Shown in pieces: positions 48,533 to 62,536 of a stretch of DNA of 64,000 nt (position 1 is the first letter of the stretch; the number at the start of each line of letters is the position of its first letter). The DNA comes from the human T2T-CHM13v2.0 reference genome, Homo sapiens. The stretch lies in the NCBI RefSeq assembly GCF_009914755.1, contig NC_060929.1; one strand, written 5' to 3'. The translations under genes were made by a program, and so were the position numbers. The notes under the pieces are model-generated. The model worked only from the letters and a program-made list of their open reading frames with translations, did no database searches and was not told the origin of the DNA.

Positions 48533-48722
48533 AGTGGTTCTTATGCCTGGCTTAGTATCAGAATCACCTGGAAATTGCTTTAAAATTATAGGTTTCTAGG
48601 CCTCACTCCAGAAATTCTGCATCAGAATCTCTGGAAAATGGGGATCAGGAATCTGTACTTTAAAACAAGTTTCTCCAGTGCTTCTGATGCAATTAGAATA
48701 CAGACTAGCATTTGGAAACCAC
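48533..48722. mobile_element. MER5-type hAT fossil
   Basis: cagaatcacctgga...gaatctgtacttt(a)aacaag...ttctgatgca...tttggaaaccac; a similar element lies at ~54290-54440. Confidence 0.7.
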
Positions 48723-48838
48723 CAAATTAGTTGACTTTTAAGGTTTCCTTCAGCTCAGAGAGTTTTTGATGGCATGAAATGCAGCTTCTCCATGAAGTCA
48801 ATTCTATCTTTCCGATTGGAGTTTTAAAAACTTCTTTA

Positions 48839-49144
<306 letters not shown>

Positions 49145-49291
49145 ATCCACTTCTTTTTAGGTGTTAAAAGGAACACAAGCTTGCTGTTAAAAAAATTCAA
49201 ATGATAAAAAAATATAGGCTGCACATCCTAGAAATAACCATTATTAGTGTTTGGTGCATATTATTCTCGATTTTGCCATATATGTAGATTC

Positions 49292-49294
<3 letters not shown>

Positions 49295-49331
<37 letters not shown>
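49295..49331. repeat. (CA)n microsatellite
   Basis: About 18 CA units. Confidence 0.97.
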
Positions 49332-49337
<6 letters not shown>

Positions 49338-49345
49338 TAATAACA

Positions 49346-49564
49346 TTTTGTTGTTGTTTTTGAGACAGGGTCTTACTCTGTCACTCAGCTTGAGTGCAGT
49401 GGTATAATCGGCTTACTGCAGCCTTGAGCTCCTGGGTTCAAGTGATCCTCCCACCTCAGCTTCCCAAGTAGCTGGGACTACAGCTGGGACTACATGATCA
49501 AGCGATCCTCCTGCTTCAGCCTCTCAAAGTGCTGGAATTATAGGTGTGAGCTACCATACCTGGC
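49346..49564 (-). mobile_element. Alu (AluJ-like) with internal deletion
   Basis: Duplicated agctgggactac at the deletion junction. Confidence 0.88.
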
Positions 49565-49699
49565 CCATAATAAAATTTTTAATCCTTTGGTTTACAAAAA
49601 TATGATCATAATTTACTGCAATTTGCTTTATACGCTTGTTAATACATCTTAAATATACTCCTAAATCAATACATATAGAGCGACTTGATTTTTCGTGTG

Positions 49700-49992
49700 T
49701 TTTTTTTTTTTGAGATGGAGTTTCGCTCTTGTTGCCCAGGCTGGAGTGCAATGGCACGATCTCAGCTCACCTGCAAACTCTGCCTCCTGGGTTCAAGCAA
49801 TTCTCCTGCCTCCGCCTCCCGAGTAGCTGGGATTACAGGCATGTGCCACCATGCCAGGCTAATTTTGTATTTTTAGTAGAGATGGGGTTTCTCCATATTG
49901 GTCAGGCTGGTCTTGAACTCCTGACCTCAGGTGATCTGCCCGCCTCGGCTTCCCAAAGTGCTGGGATTACAGGCCAGCCACCACGCTCAGCC
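49700..49992 (-). mobile_element. Alu (AluSp/Sq-like)
   Basis: TSD-like gacttgatt on both sides. Confidence 0.94.
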
Positions 49993-50754
49993 TGTGACTT
50001 GATTCTTATAATGACTGCCTAGTGTTTCATTGTATGTCTATATCATAATATAATGGACATTTAAGTTGTTCCTATTTTTCTGCTATTACAGCCACTACAG
50101 CAATTAACATCATTGCAGCATATTTTCTTGGTATTCATTGTAAGTGAGTATTCGGCATAAATTCCTAGATTTGGAATTTTTCAAATATTCCTGTAAGGTG
50201 CTACCGGTTTATATTCAGACCAACCATTTTATAGGAAGGTTCCTGTTTCCTCACCCTCTTACTCTTCACTGATATTATCTTTTAAATTTAAGATAATCAG
50301 TTACATAAAAATATCTTATTGTTTCAATTAGAATTTCTTTGGTTCTTGCTGAGAATGAGATCATTATGTTTATTGCACATTTGTTTTTCTTCTATAAATT
50401 ATCTGTGTCCTTTGCCATCTTTCTATTAGATGGAAATTTCTTATTGATTTGTGTAGGCTTTTTATTTATATGGCTATTAATCCTCTATGTAGTTTCTCTA
50501 GAGTGTTGTTTATCTTTTTATTTTATTAAAATGTAAGGGTGGATAATACATTTTATAAGATTCAAAAATCAAACCTACACAGAAAGGTAAACACAGAGGA
50601 GTTGCATTTCCACCTCTGTCCCTCCACCTGTCCCTCCCAATCCCTTACATGGAATCATTTTCCTGTGCTTCATTGTGTAGATATAAGCAAAAATGCCTGT
50701 ATAGTGTTTCTCTCCTTTATTTTTAAAACATAAAATGTAGCACATGATAAAAAA

Positions 50755-51330
50755 TCTGGAAGAAACCTAAGTGTCCATCAAGAGACGAATGGATAAAGAA
50801 AATGTGGTACACATACACAATGGAGTACTGCCATAAAAAAGAATGAGATTCTGTCATTTGCAACAGCATGGATGGAACTGGAGGTCATTATGTTAAGTGA
50901 AATTAGCTAGGCACAGAAAGACAAACACCGCATGTTCTCACTTATTTGTAGGTGCTAAAATTTAAAATAATTGAGCACATGAAGATAGAGAGTAGAATGA
51001 TGTTTACCAGAGGCTGGGAAGAATAGTGGGATGGTGGGGACTGGGGATGGTTAAAGGGGACAAATATATAATTAGATAGAATAAATAAAATCTAGTATTT
51101 GATAGCATCACAGGGTGACCACAAACAACAATAATTTATTATAAATTTAAAAATAGATAAAAGAGTATAATTGGATTGTTTATAACACAAAGAAAGGATA
51201 AATGCTTGAGGAGATGGAGACCCCATTTACCCTGATGTGATTATTATGCATTGTATGGCTGTATTAAAATATCTCATGTACCACATAAATATATACACCT
51301 ACTATGTACCCACAAAAATGAAAAAATTTT
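50755..51330 (+). mobile_element. L1MA (L1MA2/3-like) 3' end
   Basis: aacctaagtgtccatca...atggataaagaaaatgtgg ... aaatatatacacctactatgtacccacaaaaat. Confidence 0.88.
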
Positions 51331-54300
51331 AAGAAACCCTGCAAATCTAACCAAAAAAGAGGGACAGGCAAAAGATCTAGAATGTTTCAGGAACTCCTCT
51401 AAGAAAGTGCTTCTTGACCCACCCTCAACCCAATTATTCACTCCTGTAATACCCTGTATATTCACCTATCCAATAAGTGGAGTTACACTTACCATGTCCA
51501 ATAGAAATTTTCTGGTTTTGGTACTCATATCATCATCACTTTCTTGTATTTATATCTATTTTTTCATATATGTATATACAATTGATGTATAAAGGTGTTT
51601 ATCTCGGAGTGGGCAAGATTTCAGGTGATTTCTACCTTATCAGGTACTTTTCATATTTAAATGTTTACAGATTAAGAATACAAAATCTACAAACAAAAAA
51701 AATTCTTTCACAAAAGAGAAATAAATGTTCTGATATTATTTTTTTCACTTAATATTGACTTAATATAAACTACTGATATCCAGGTAACTGCTCCATATCA
51801 GTCCATAGGGATCTTCTTCATTCTGTTTTCAGCTGCGTGGTACTCTGTTGGTGGATGTACCATACTCTATGCTGGGCACTTGGGTGTTTACAATTATTTT
51901 ATCATTACAAACAAAACAAATCAGTTTTTGCTTATTTCATTTTGTATCTCTGCAGTGTAGTGTATTTGTAGAATAGATTCCTGAGAAGTGAAATTGCTGG
52001 TCAAAAAGTTGTCACCTTTCTTTTTACTTTGTGATGATGACTTTCATTATAAAGAAGTTTTCATTTTTTGTGTTAATTTTTTCTACTTATTGTTTTTGGA
52101 TTTTGTAGTGCCTTCTTTGGGAAGAAAGGTCTGCTTGGACTATAAATTATAAAGGCATCCTTTACCGTTTTCTCCCAAAGCATGCGCGCACACACAATCT
52201 TCACTGTGTATGGATTTCCTATTGTCTGTGATGTAAGAGTCTAATTATCTTCTCCCATAAGGATATCCCATAATACTTTACGCCTTATTTGAGGAACTTA
52301 TCACCTTCTTCCTCTTTCTGCCTGGAAAGATAAATCTGTGTCAAATATTACCTCTCCTACTAGACAGTGAACTCCTGGAGAGCAGATATTATGCCTTATT
52401 CATCTTCACATACCTGATAGTCCCTACCACAATCCTGACTCATGACAGATGTTAAATACTTCCTTCTAAATTTAATAGAAAGTGTAGAATGCCGGCCAGC
52501 TTTCCAATTTTCAGGATAGAAAATGAACTTATATTGTTATTAGAGATGAAATCTGTGTTGGGATAAACTTCTAGAACTCCAGTAATATGAGACATTGGTG
52601 TGACGATAAGAAAGGAATTCTTCCAGGTCTCTTCCAGTCTATGAAAATTCTTTGTGAAACAAGTTAGAAATGTGCAAAGGCAGGATTTATAATACTGGCA
52701 GTGGACCAAAACACAAGTATACGGAGGGGAATGTGTTTCTATCCCTTTACAAATTCACCTTATAGAATCACATCCAGACATTTGTTATTTGTGCCCCTCT
52801 ACATTTTATCTGAGAAAGTTTATTTATTTATTACACAAATATTAGACTGGACTGTATGAAATGGCTCATACTTAATTCTTATCCACCAAAGCTTCAGTTT
52901 CATTAGGTTCCATCCAATATGTACTGAACCCTGTGTTTTAAGTAGTGTGTAAATGTAGCGAGTGGCAGGAGGTATTTTAGTGAAAACATAAACATGGTCC
53001 CCGTCCTAACAGAACTGAAAATTTACTGAGCAAGACAGACACTAAACAAGAAAGAACACAAAATAGTATAATAATCAGGAATTTCTGGATTAGCATGTTT
53101 TTCTGACACTTACATGAATCAATAAAAATATGTTGAAGGTACTACATATAGTTTAAATGAAAATGTGCTCTTTATGTTTTGCTTTACTCTTAAGTCTATA
53201 TATCTTCTAAGTATTTTGTTAATCTTATAAGCATTCAGTCAAATTGTTTTAAGTATATATATTAAGTCAGTTCTACTGAGGCATAACTTATATGCACAAA
53301 AAATTCATTCCCTTTAGGTGCACAGTTCAATGCATTTTGACAAATGGGTATAGTGTATAACCACATCAAGATATAGAACATTTCCATCATCCCCAAAAAT
53401 TTTCTCATGCCATTTGTATTTGATTGTTGAACTGATTTTAACTGAACTGTTTGTTGGCAGGCTGGGCTCCTCCAGACCTCTGCCTCTTATTTTACCAAGA
53501 GCCTTGTCTTCCACGACTGAGGACAAAAGGTCTGGCATATAGTAAGGAAGTTGCTGGGATCTTCACTGGATCTTCACCGTGGCTAGGAGATCTAGAGTTT
53601 ATCTGAAGAAACAGGTTGTTCAGTTCAGCTGGGATCAACCAGCCTGCCTGGAGAACCTACAATGTACCAAACATCTCTGGGGACATTTGTTCTCAACTAG
53701 AAAACTCAGACCACCTGTGTACATTCATCCTTTTAACTTACACCCACTCTCTTCAGTTGTGCATTTTTCTTATCTTAGCTTTTCCGAATGCTTGAGCTTC
53801 CTCTGAAACCCTGAACTTTTTAGATCTGAAATTCATGGTCTCTGGATGTCTGTGGAGGATGCTGCAAGCTTGCCCTTTGTTTGAAGGGTCTGAAATTGGA
53901 GAAAAGGGAAGATGACTCTAGCATATAAAAACCTCAGCAGAAAGAGATTCAGGGATGTTTGCACTGATTCATGGGGAGAATTATAGTAAGGGACAAATCT
54001 TATGATTCAGTTGTGGATTCAGCAACTCTGCAGAGATAATGCTGAAACATCAGTTATAGCTTTATTTTCTTGCTAAGTATAATTGGATGAAGAATAAATA
54101 TTGTCATGCAGCCTAGTCCATGCTACCAACCTTCCAGAGAAACACCAGCCACTTTGGTTTTCAGGGTTTACAGCCACAAAGCAGACTACTTATTTTGAGA
54201 AATGATGTACACAAGTAAACCAAAGTAGCAAGAATGTCTAAACCAAATCTTACTAATATGTGCAGTATTAGATAATCAATGAATCAAGAAGTAGTCCCCA

Positions 54301-55336
54301 AACTTGATTCTTAGAATTACCCTCAGAGCTTGCTGAAAATACAGATTCTCTGGAGATTCCAATTATCTGGCAAGGGGCCTGGGAAATTGCATTTTTGCTA
54401 AACTGCCCTGTTGGTTCTGATGCTGCCTATCTAGAGTCTACCCTTTGAGGGCATTGAATTTAAAATGAGAGGCCTGAATTTCCAGGGTTCCAGGGGGGGT
54501 TCTATTTCCTAGCTGTGTAGGCTTGGCTTAGATATGTCATTGCTCTGGGCCTCAGTGGCCTCATTTGGGAAATGGATCGTGAGGTTTTTGAGGACAGAAG
54601 CATGGGTAAGAGGCATGGTTTGAGAGATTAATGTGGTAGGTCTATATGGATGGGCTAAGCCTGAGACATGGGAGAAGGAGGCTAATTAGAAGGTAGTTGC
54701 CACAGTGCAGGCAGAGCTGTGAGGACGGGGAGGAAAGGCAAGGAGGGGCCAGAGGTGAGAGGCCACACAGAGTGGGAGTCATAGGATTTGGTGACTGGAT
54801 ATGGAGGGTGAGGAACAAGAAGGGGAAAATGGGGCTTCACACTTGGGTGACTAGGTGAATGAAGGCTTCATTTAAAGAAATCAGAAAATCCAGAAGTTTA
54901 GACGGATAAAACACTTGATTGTCCCTGTAGAGGTTCCTCCCTGATGGCACTGTGCTGCATTCTGGGATGTCCCCTCCTCTCTGATTTAAGAGGATAATAT
55001 AAATGTGGATGACAGAGGCAGACAGCAGCTCTGGGGCCACTGACTCCTCCCATTACCTTAGGCAAATCATCTCACCTCCAGGAACTTAGTTTCCTCATTA
55101 GGAACTAAAGTGGATGGACTAGAAAACAGGGATTCTTGTGGGATCTCTGGATGACCTTCAAGAATTTCATGAATTCCCTGAAACCATATGCAAGATTTTC
55201 ATGAGTAGGCCTATCTAGAATTTTCTATGGAGAGGGCCCAGAGCTGACATCAAATTCTTAAAGGAGTTAGTAACCCGAGAGGAGTTGATAATGATTGCAA
55301 TAGATAACTTCTTTAAAAAAAAAATCTTATTATGGG

Positions 55337-55934
55337 TGTAACCAAGTACCCCATTTTCCTAAAAATTATCTTTTACCTTTTCTCTTTTTCCCTGTGTGTT
55401 CACCTTTTACTTAACTCTTTAGGAATGCAACTATAACCTTTACCTTCTCTCCACCAGGCACTCCCTGCACTGCCAGCTTATCTAACTATATGTTTGCTTA
55501 GAAATTCTAAGAACCGAATGTTGAACCGAACCAGGTACCCTTCAGGATTCTTCCCCACCAGAAGATAGCCTCGAGGCAACAGCTAATTTACAATATAAAT
55601 TCTGTTCCAAGGGGACTCTCCCCAACCAGATTTCCAGGGGACTGTGGTCAGTCTGCTACCTAGCTCTGCCTGCGATGGCGCCAGCCAGACTACCTGTTAG
55701 ATAAGACATCCAACAAGTCACTTCCTTGTCTCCTCCCCTCTGTGCCATCCATGCCAGGTTCTCCTTTAAAGCCTCTGCTTTCTGGCCTGAAAGTGGAAGC
55801 ATACCCTTAAGGCAGGAGGAGCCTGTAACTCTTCCCCTCAGCTAAGCTCTGTAATAAAGGCAATTTCTAGCAGACCTCAATCTTATTAATTGAACTCTGT
55901 AAGCAGTGATCAGCTGGACCTGTGTTTGGTTACA
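55337..55934 (+). mobile_element. ERV1-type solo LTR
   Basis: Inverted termini tgtaacca...tggttaca; TATA-like tttaaa (~55765); AATAAA (~55853); G-rich 4-bp flanks. Confidence 0.8.
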
Positions 55935-56915
55935 GGGGGAATTTCGACTATACAAAAGAAGAGGATAAATGAGAGCTATTCAGTTATTACCCAACTCCAA
56001 TACTTGAAATGATCTCTTAAGTGCTTTTTAAAGTATATTTCATTGTATTCATTTATATGTTGGATTTTTTTTTCATGTATCACCCCTAAGTGGGTTTTAC
56101 TCTTATAAAGATAGGTGTTCAAAGAAGGAAATGGTAATATTCACAGGCCTCTATTTAAGGTACTCACTAGATGCTATCTCTTCTCTCTGTTAACCAGGTT
56201 GATGAATGTCCTTGCCTCTCTCTACAACACGTGAGCTGTTCTTTTCCCACTTCTTTAATGGTATACTTACCAGGAGTCAGTTATGTCTGTTTCCAAACCT
56301 GTTTGTGCCTATTGTACCAAGTCTTAACATTATGTAATTTCATTAAATATGTACCTAATGTATTGAGAAAGAAGTTGGAGGTATGCAAACTTTTTAAAAA
56401 AATCAACTTTATTCTTTCTCAGATGTGCTGCATTGGATTTTCCATCCTGCCATTGGGTGATCTCTCCAGCAGATCCCATAGCATTTCCATTCAATTTCAG
56501 ATCTTAATAAATGGCCCCACTTTTAGTTGTTAAAAGGTGCCATCCAGTTTCATATCAAAGCTTCACCTTCTCCTCCAGGTTGGGCCCGACTCAGGCTCAG
56601 AATCTCACTGGGGGCCTGGTTGGCTCTTTGTTATCCCTTCATCCTACTCCTAATGCCTCCTCCCCCAGACACTGCTGTGTCCAGATATTCAGGGATGAAA
56701 GTGGGCAGCAAAAGAGAAAAGGAACATATGTGACCAGTGACTTTGTAATGTGACACCAGTGCCCCTGAGTGGCACATGCCCTGAAGTTTGCTCTTTCTCT
56801 CGTGGGGCACTTTTGTGGGTCCTTCAGAATCCACCCACCATCACTAACACTACATGGATCTTCCCCTTCACCATTCCTCCATGCAGGAAATGCCCCCTCC
56901 GTTTGGCTGTTATAA

Positions 56916-57311
<396 letters not shown>

Positions 57312-57760
57312 TAAATGATCAAGCCCAGCTGTCTTCAGTGTCCACACTGGCCCGTGGGAAATACACATCCTTGCCCAACATTGCTGGAAGTACAATGGTG
57401 TTCTTACTGTACTACTCTCTCCTCCTCTGCAGCCAGAGGAAGCTTCTTACCTTTAAACCTTTCTAGGTACAATCCAGCTTCTAGTCCTGGTGACCTTCAA
57501 CTCTAAGGATACACATTATGCTCTTCTGGCAATTCATGTAAAGATCTCCCTGACCCCAACTTCAAAGAAATTCCTTTTATCAGTCTTTTTCACTGCTCTT
57601 CCCTAATCTCTTATGTGGCCTGGGAGTTGGTGGCAAGCTAAATAATGTTGGAAATTTTTGGTCATATTCCTTAGCAAGTTCTATAAGGATAATCTGGGTC
57701 CTCTCTTCAGAATGTGTGGGTGCTTAATAAACTTTGTGCTTAGTTTGTGGGCATCAGTCA

Positions 57761-58096
<336 letters not shown>

Positions 58097-58589
58097 TTAA
58101 CATCCACCTTAGAAATATCACTTAATTGGGAAAAATGTGAGTGTGAAAGGGAGCTGTTTTTATGGAAGCTAAGTTAGTTGTTTAAAAAAGACAAAAATTC
58201 AACAACAATAAAAAGACCTCATATCAAAATAATTAAGATCCCATAGAATTAGGTGTAGAAGAATCAACTATAGATTTGGGGGATTGTAGAAACACTTTAA
58301 ATACTCCTTAGAGTGTTTAAGATTCTCTAAGTTCCTGCTTCTCTTTAAGGAAGCTAAATTGATGTCTGCTTAGAGAATGCAAGGCTCCAAATAGCAGCCT
58401 CATACGCAAAGAAAGTGATGAATGAACGTACTCTGATATGTTAGAAGTTAAAAGGAATATTTAAGGTAAATATCATTAATTTTTTTTTTGTGATTCCCTG
58501 CTTTAACTGACTTTTAAAATTATCAAACCACCACCAGTTTTAACAGAGCTAGCTAAGAAGTTTGCAGAGAATGCGGTTTTTCCTTCACT

Positions 58590-59050
58590 ATCCATCCTTC
58601 TCTTCTTCCATGTTAACAGAGTTCCAATTTTTAGCTGGACTCTAGTCCCCCAGAATAAAAGTATTGCTTGGTCCCTTGCAACTCGGCATAACCACGTGAC
58701 TAAATCCCGGTCAATATATATATCTTGAAATATCTTTTGGCAGCTTCTGGGAATGCTCTTTAAGCAACAGCTACTACAATGTGCACTTTGCTCATTTCTT
58801 CTTTGCCTGTCTTATGCCACCTGGAATGCAGATATGACAGCTGGAGCTCTAACTACCATTTTTTTTTTTTTTTTTTTTTGCCATAAGGAAAAGGACTATA
58901 CCTAGAAGATGGTGAAACTCTGGGTTGGAAGGAATTTGAGTCTTTGAGGGCTTCATGGAATCAAACTGCCAGAACAATATGGGAATAAATATTTGCCTTC
59001 TTTAAACTGCTTTTATTTTAGATCTTTGTGATTCAGCCAACCTAATCAAA
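58590..59050 (+). mobile_element. Old ERVL LTR (LTR33-like)
   Basis: ccttgcaactcggcataaccacgtgactaa...cctggaatgcagatatgacagctggagctc. Confidence 0.55.
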
Positions 59051-59817
59051 ACCGATCTAGAGGCTTGGACCTTAGTTATTTTTTCTGAACTGAAATGCAA
59101 CCTGCCCTACATATTCTATTAAGAAACTTATAAACAACTAATGTCTGTGTAGACTTTATCATAATCCTCAGGAGCTTTATATAGACAGGACACCTGAATT
59201 AGAAAGAGAAGCGTCCTCAGCCCTTTTAGACTCAAAGATTCTACAGTGCACTATTTTACTTGAAGAATATTCTTTTAATAAAAAATTAACAGAAAGTCAA
59301 TGCCTTGCCCTGAGACAATTCTAATAAAGTCAATGAGTTGACTTAGTGTTTATGGTAACTATTTCTATGTTCTGCCATTTCATCAGGCCATATTGATTTA
59401 TTTTCCCTTGTCTAACTTGAGAGCTGGCAACACATTTTCAGAGCCAGGACCAGCATGTTAACACATAGTTCCTTGACAACAGAAGTGCCACATTCCTTTA
59501 GTTCTGAGATTCTCTCAATTGAAGATACATTATTGGTTTCATAACAACTTTTTGAGAAAAAAGAAAACTATATTAAATGAACCTTTTTGTCTTAGTAAAT
59601 GTCAATAGTATATGCACACAAACACACAAATTCAAATTTTTTATTTTGTACTGTAAACAAGGTTTGAGTTTAAATCTATTCATATTCAGTCTAAAGATTC
59701 CTTTGAATCACTTTTTGTTCCACAGCACACCGGCTCCCTGATTCGCTTAACCAGTTCTTGTGCTTCTGGGGTCTTTTGCACCTGTGCTACCAGTACTATG
59801 AATGGTTAATATACTTC

Positions 59818-60279
59818 TAAGGGAGGAGACCACCCCTTATATTGTCTTATGCCCAATTTCTGCCTCCAAAGAAAGAAAAAGTAAAAACTAAAAGGTAGAA
59901 ATGAAATCCACAAGCAGACAGCCCGGCGCCACACCCTGGGCCTGGTAGTTAAAGATCAACCCCTGACCTAATTGGTTATGTTATCTATAGATTACAGACA
60001 TTGTGTAGAAAAGCACTGTGAAAATCCCTATCCTGTTTTTTTCCGATCTAATTACCAGTGCATGCAGCCCCCCATCACGAACCCCCTGCTTGCTCAATCG
60101 ATCATAACCCTCTCACGCGCACCCCCTTAGAGTTGTGAGCCCTTAAAAGGGACAGGAGTTGCTCACTCGGGGAGCTCTGCTCTTGAGACAGGAGTCTGGC
60201 TGATGCCTCCGGCCAAATAAACCCCTTCCTTCTTTAACTTGGTGTCTGAGGAGTTTTGTCTGCGGCTCGTACTGCTACA
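59818..60279 (+). mobile_element. Solo LTR2 (HERV-E/Harlequin)
   Basis: Starts taagggaggagaccacccc, ends gagttttgtctgcggctcgtactgctaca; perfect 4-bp TSD CTTC; AATAAA at 60216. Confidence 0.92.
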
Positions 60280-60634
60280 CTTCTATTTAATTGTATTCCA
60301 GTAAAATTCTTTTTATCCCTGTCCCTATTTTTAGAGACAATAAAATCTTTTGGAGAAAATAAAATTGGGCTCTACAGGCCTGACTCTTGTTTTGAAAGCT
60401 GACTGATGAAATTCTGGCACATGGCTTTAAAAATGCAAGATATCATAATGAACAAAAAGAGGCTCATAAAAAGATGAAGGTGTCTCTTTCCCCTGAAGCT
60501 TCAGTGGGAGAGGATCATTTATGTCACAGATCAGTTAACAGAATCAGTATTGATAAGGAATTAGAATGTAAAACCTTGCAAGAACATTTATTCTTGTTGT
60601 CCTGTGCAACATGAAGACTTGTATGAAGGTGTAT

Positions 60635-60699
60635 AATTGTAATGAGACCTTGAAGGCATGATTTGAATTGTAATGGGATCTTGAAGGCATGATTTGAAT
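60635..60699. repeat. 31-bp tandem duplication
   Basis: aattgtaatgagaccttgaaggcatgatttg / aattgtaatgggatcttgaaggcatgatttg. Confidence 0.9.
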
Positions 60700-60755
60700 A
60701 AGGAATCCTGCAAGAGTCTAAAGACTCTTTAGAAACCTGCAAGTCTGATTGGCTG

Positions 60756-61122
60756 TTGTTATGGTTTGAATGTCTGTGTCCCTTGAAAATTCATATATTG
60801 AAACCTAACCACAAAATGATGGTACTAAGTGTGCGGCCTTTGGCAGGTAATTACGTCATGGGGGCTCTCCCCTCATGAATGACATTAGTGTCCTTATGAA
60901 AGGGCTGGAGGGAGTTTGACCCTTTTTGCTCCTTCTGCCATATGAAGACACAGCAGCAGGGTGGCACCCATGAAGCACAGAGCAGCCCTCACTAGACACT
61001 GAATCTGCTGGTGTCTTGATCTTGGACTTCCCAGCCCCTAGAACTGTGAGAAATAAATTTCTATAATTTATAAGTTACCCAGTTTAAGGTATTTGTTATA
61101 GCAGCAGGAACAGACTGAGACA
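60756..61122 (+). mobile_element. MaLR solo LTR (MLT1A/MST-type)
   Basis: tgttatggtttgaatgtctgtgtccc ... ttgttatagcagcaggaacagactgagaca. Confidence 0.88.
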
Positions 61123-62090
61123 GTTGTCTTCATAATTCGCTACCTTGGTACTAATGTATTGACATCTGTATCCTTACCTGTATACCTGTATGATTGGTGT
61201 CAAGTCAGAAAAGCATTATTAGCACTTTTCTATCACATGCATGATAGAAATACCAAATGCTATGACTCATTTTAACAATGAGATTGAGAGTCTTACTTCT
61301 TTTACATTTATATCATAACTTCAAGGCACATTTTAAAAAATCAGGTTTCTGTATATCCTGGTAAGGTTTTTTTTCTTCTTTAACATATGTTCTGAGACTG
61401 AATCTGATTTCAGAAGTGCAGATATTTTCAGAAATGTAGATTTTTAAATAAATCTTAAGGAAAACTTGGCATTTAAACAAATGTAATTGTTGGCATTTTA
61501 ATTCTGTGTGTCAGTGGATATTCAATTGTCAGAGTTATGCTTCTGTAATCTTGAGGCCATTCTTAACAGCGTATAAGGCTGAGAATAAATTACACTGTGC
61601 ATCCCCTTCTCCCTATCCCCTAATATTTTGTTCTGGGGAAATCTGTTTAAAATATTTATCAAGAGCAACTTAAAAGGTAAATTAAAATGCAGAGTTACAA
61701 AGAGACAATAACCAGCATTCTAAATGGTGTGTGTGGAAGATACAGGAACCCTTGATGCTTCCTGGCCATCAGTCAGGTGACCCAGGGCATAAGGAATATT
61801 CTGTTAACTTTATGTAGACACCTTGGGTCTTTCAGAAAACCATCTGCCTTCTTCTATAGCTTGTTGGCTTCTCAAATCCTTGCAAAACACTGGGCATCTG
61901 ATTTCCTAAGCAGTTTGGGACCCCAAAAGATTCTTTCATTTTGCTCTGCCTGAGGGCAGTGTTTCCACCTTTACGGTTCAGCTATCTCTGTATTATTTAC
62001 TTAATATTTTTATAAGGCCTTGCTCTGTTTCCTTAAATGTATTTACTTTAAAAGGACACTTTATATTATGATCTTAAATGGAAAAACTGG

Positions 62091-62536
62091 TGTCAGACAA
62101 AATTCCAACAAATTTAGTTATAGATTGAATTTGGCTTTTGTTTGTAATTCATGAATGGGGTGGCTTTCATTCTAAAATAGAATCAGAGTCCCCCATTCCC
62201 ACCGCCACCCCCACTCTGGGCAATGGCAGAATGGTGGGTTTTGCAAGGTGGGGACAAGAAAACAGAACAAGAAAAAAAGGTGATTGGTCAATTTCAGGTT
62301 ACTTTTTTGATAAGGGTTAAACAGAGGGGACTTCATTATTATGCCAACTCAGGTAGACTGGAATCTCTCCTGTTTTCAGCAAATATAGGGCTGTGGGGAC
62401 GTATCTGTTTCCTTAAAGTTTCAGTTTGATTACGTGGCATTTAGCATGAGTGACTTCATTTTGGTTTGGACTGGTCTGTTGCGGCCTAGTGCTAGAGCTC
62501 AGCCTAAAAAATGGCCTCCCATAATTTTTGTTTACA
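62091..62536 (-). mobile_element. ERV1-type solo LTR
   Basis: tgtcagacaa ... tttgtttaca termini; near-TSD ctgg/ctag; ATTGG (CCAAT) box. Confidence 0.6.

Noticed and set aside
61227-61250. 9-bp-stem hairpin tttctatca-catgca-tgatagaaa (a similar one lies at 15809-15845)
   Set aside because: Too short for a pre-miRNA; expected by chance in 64 kb.
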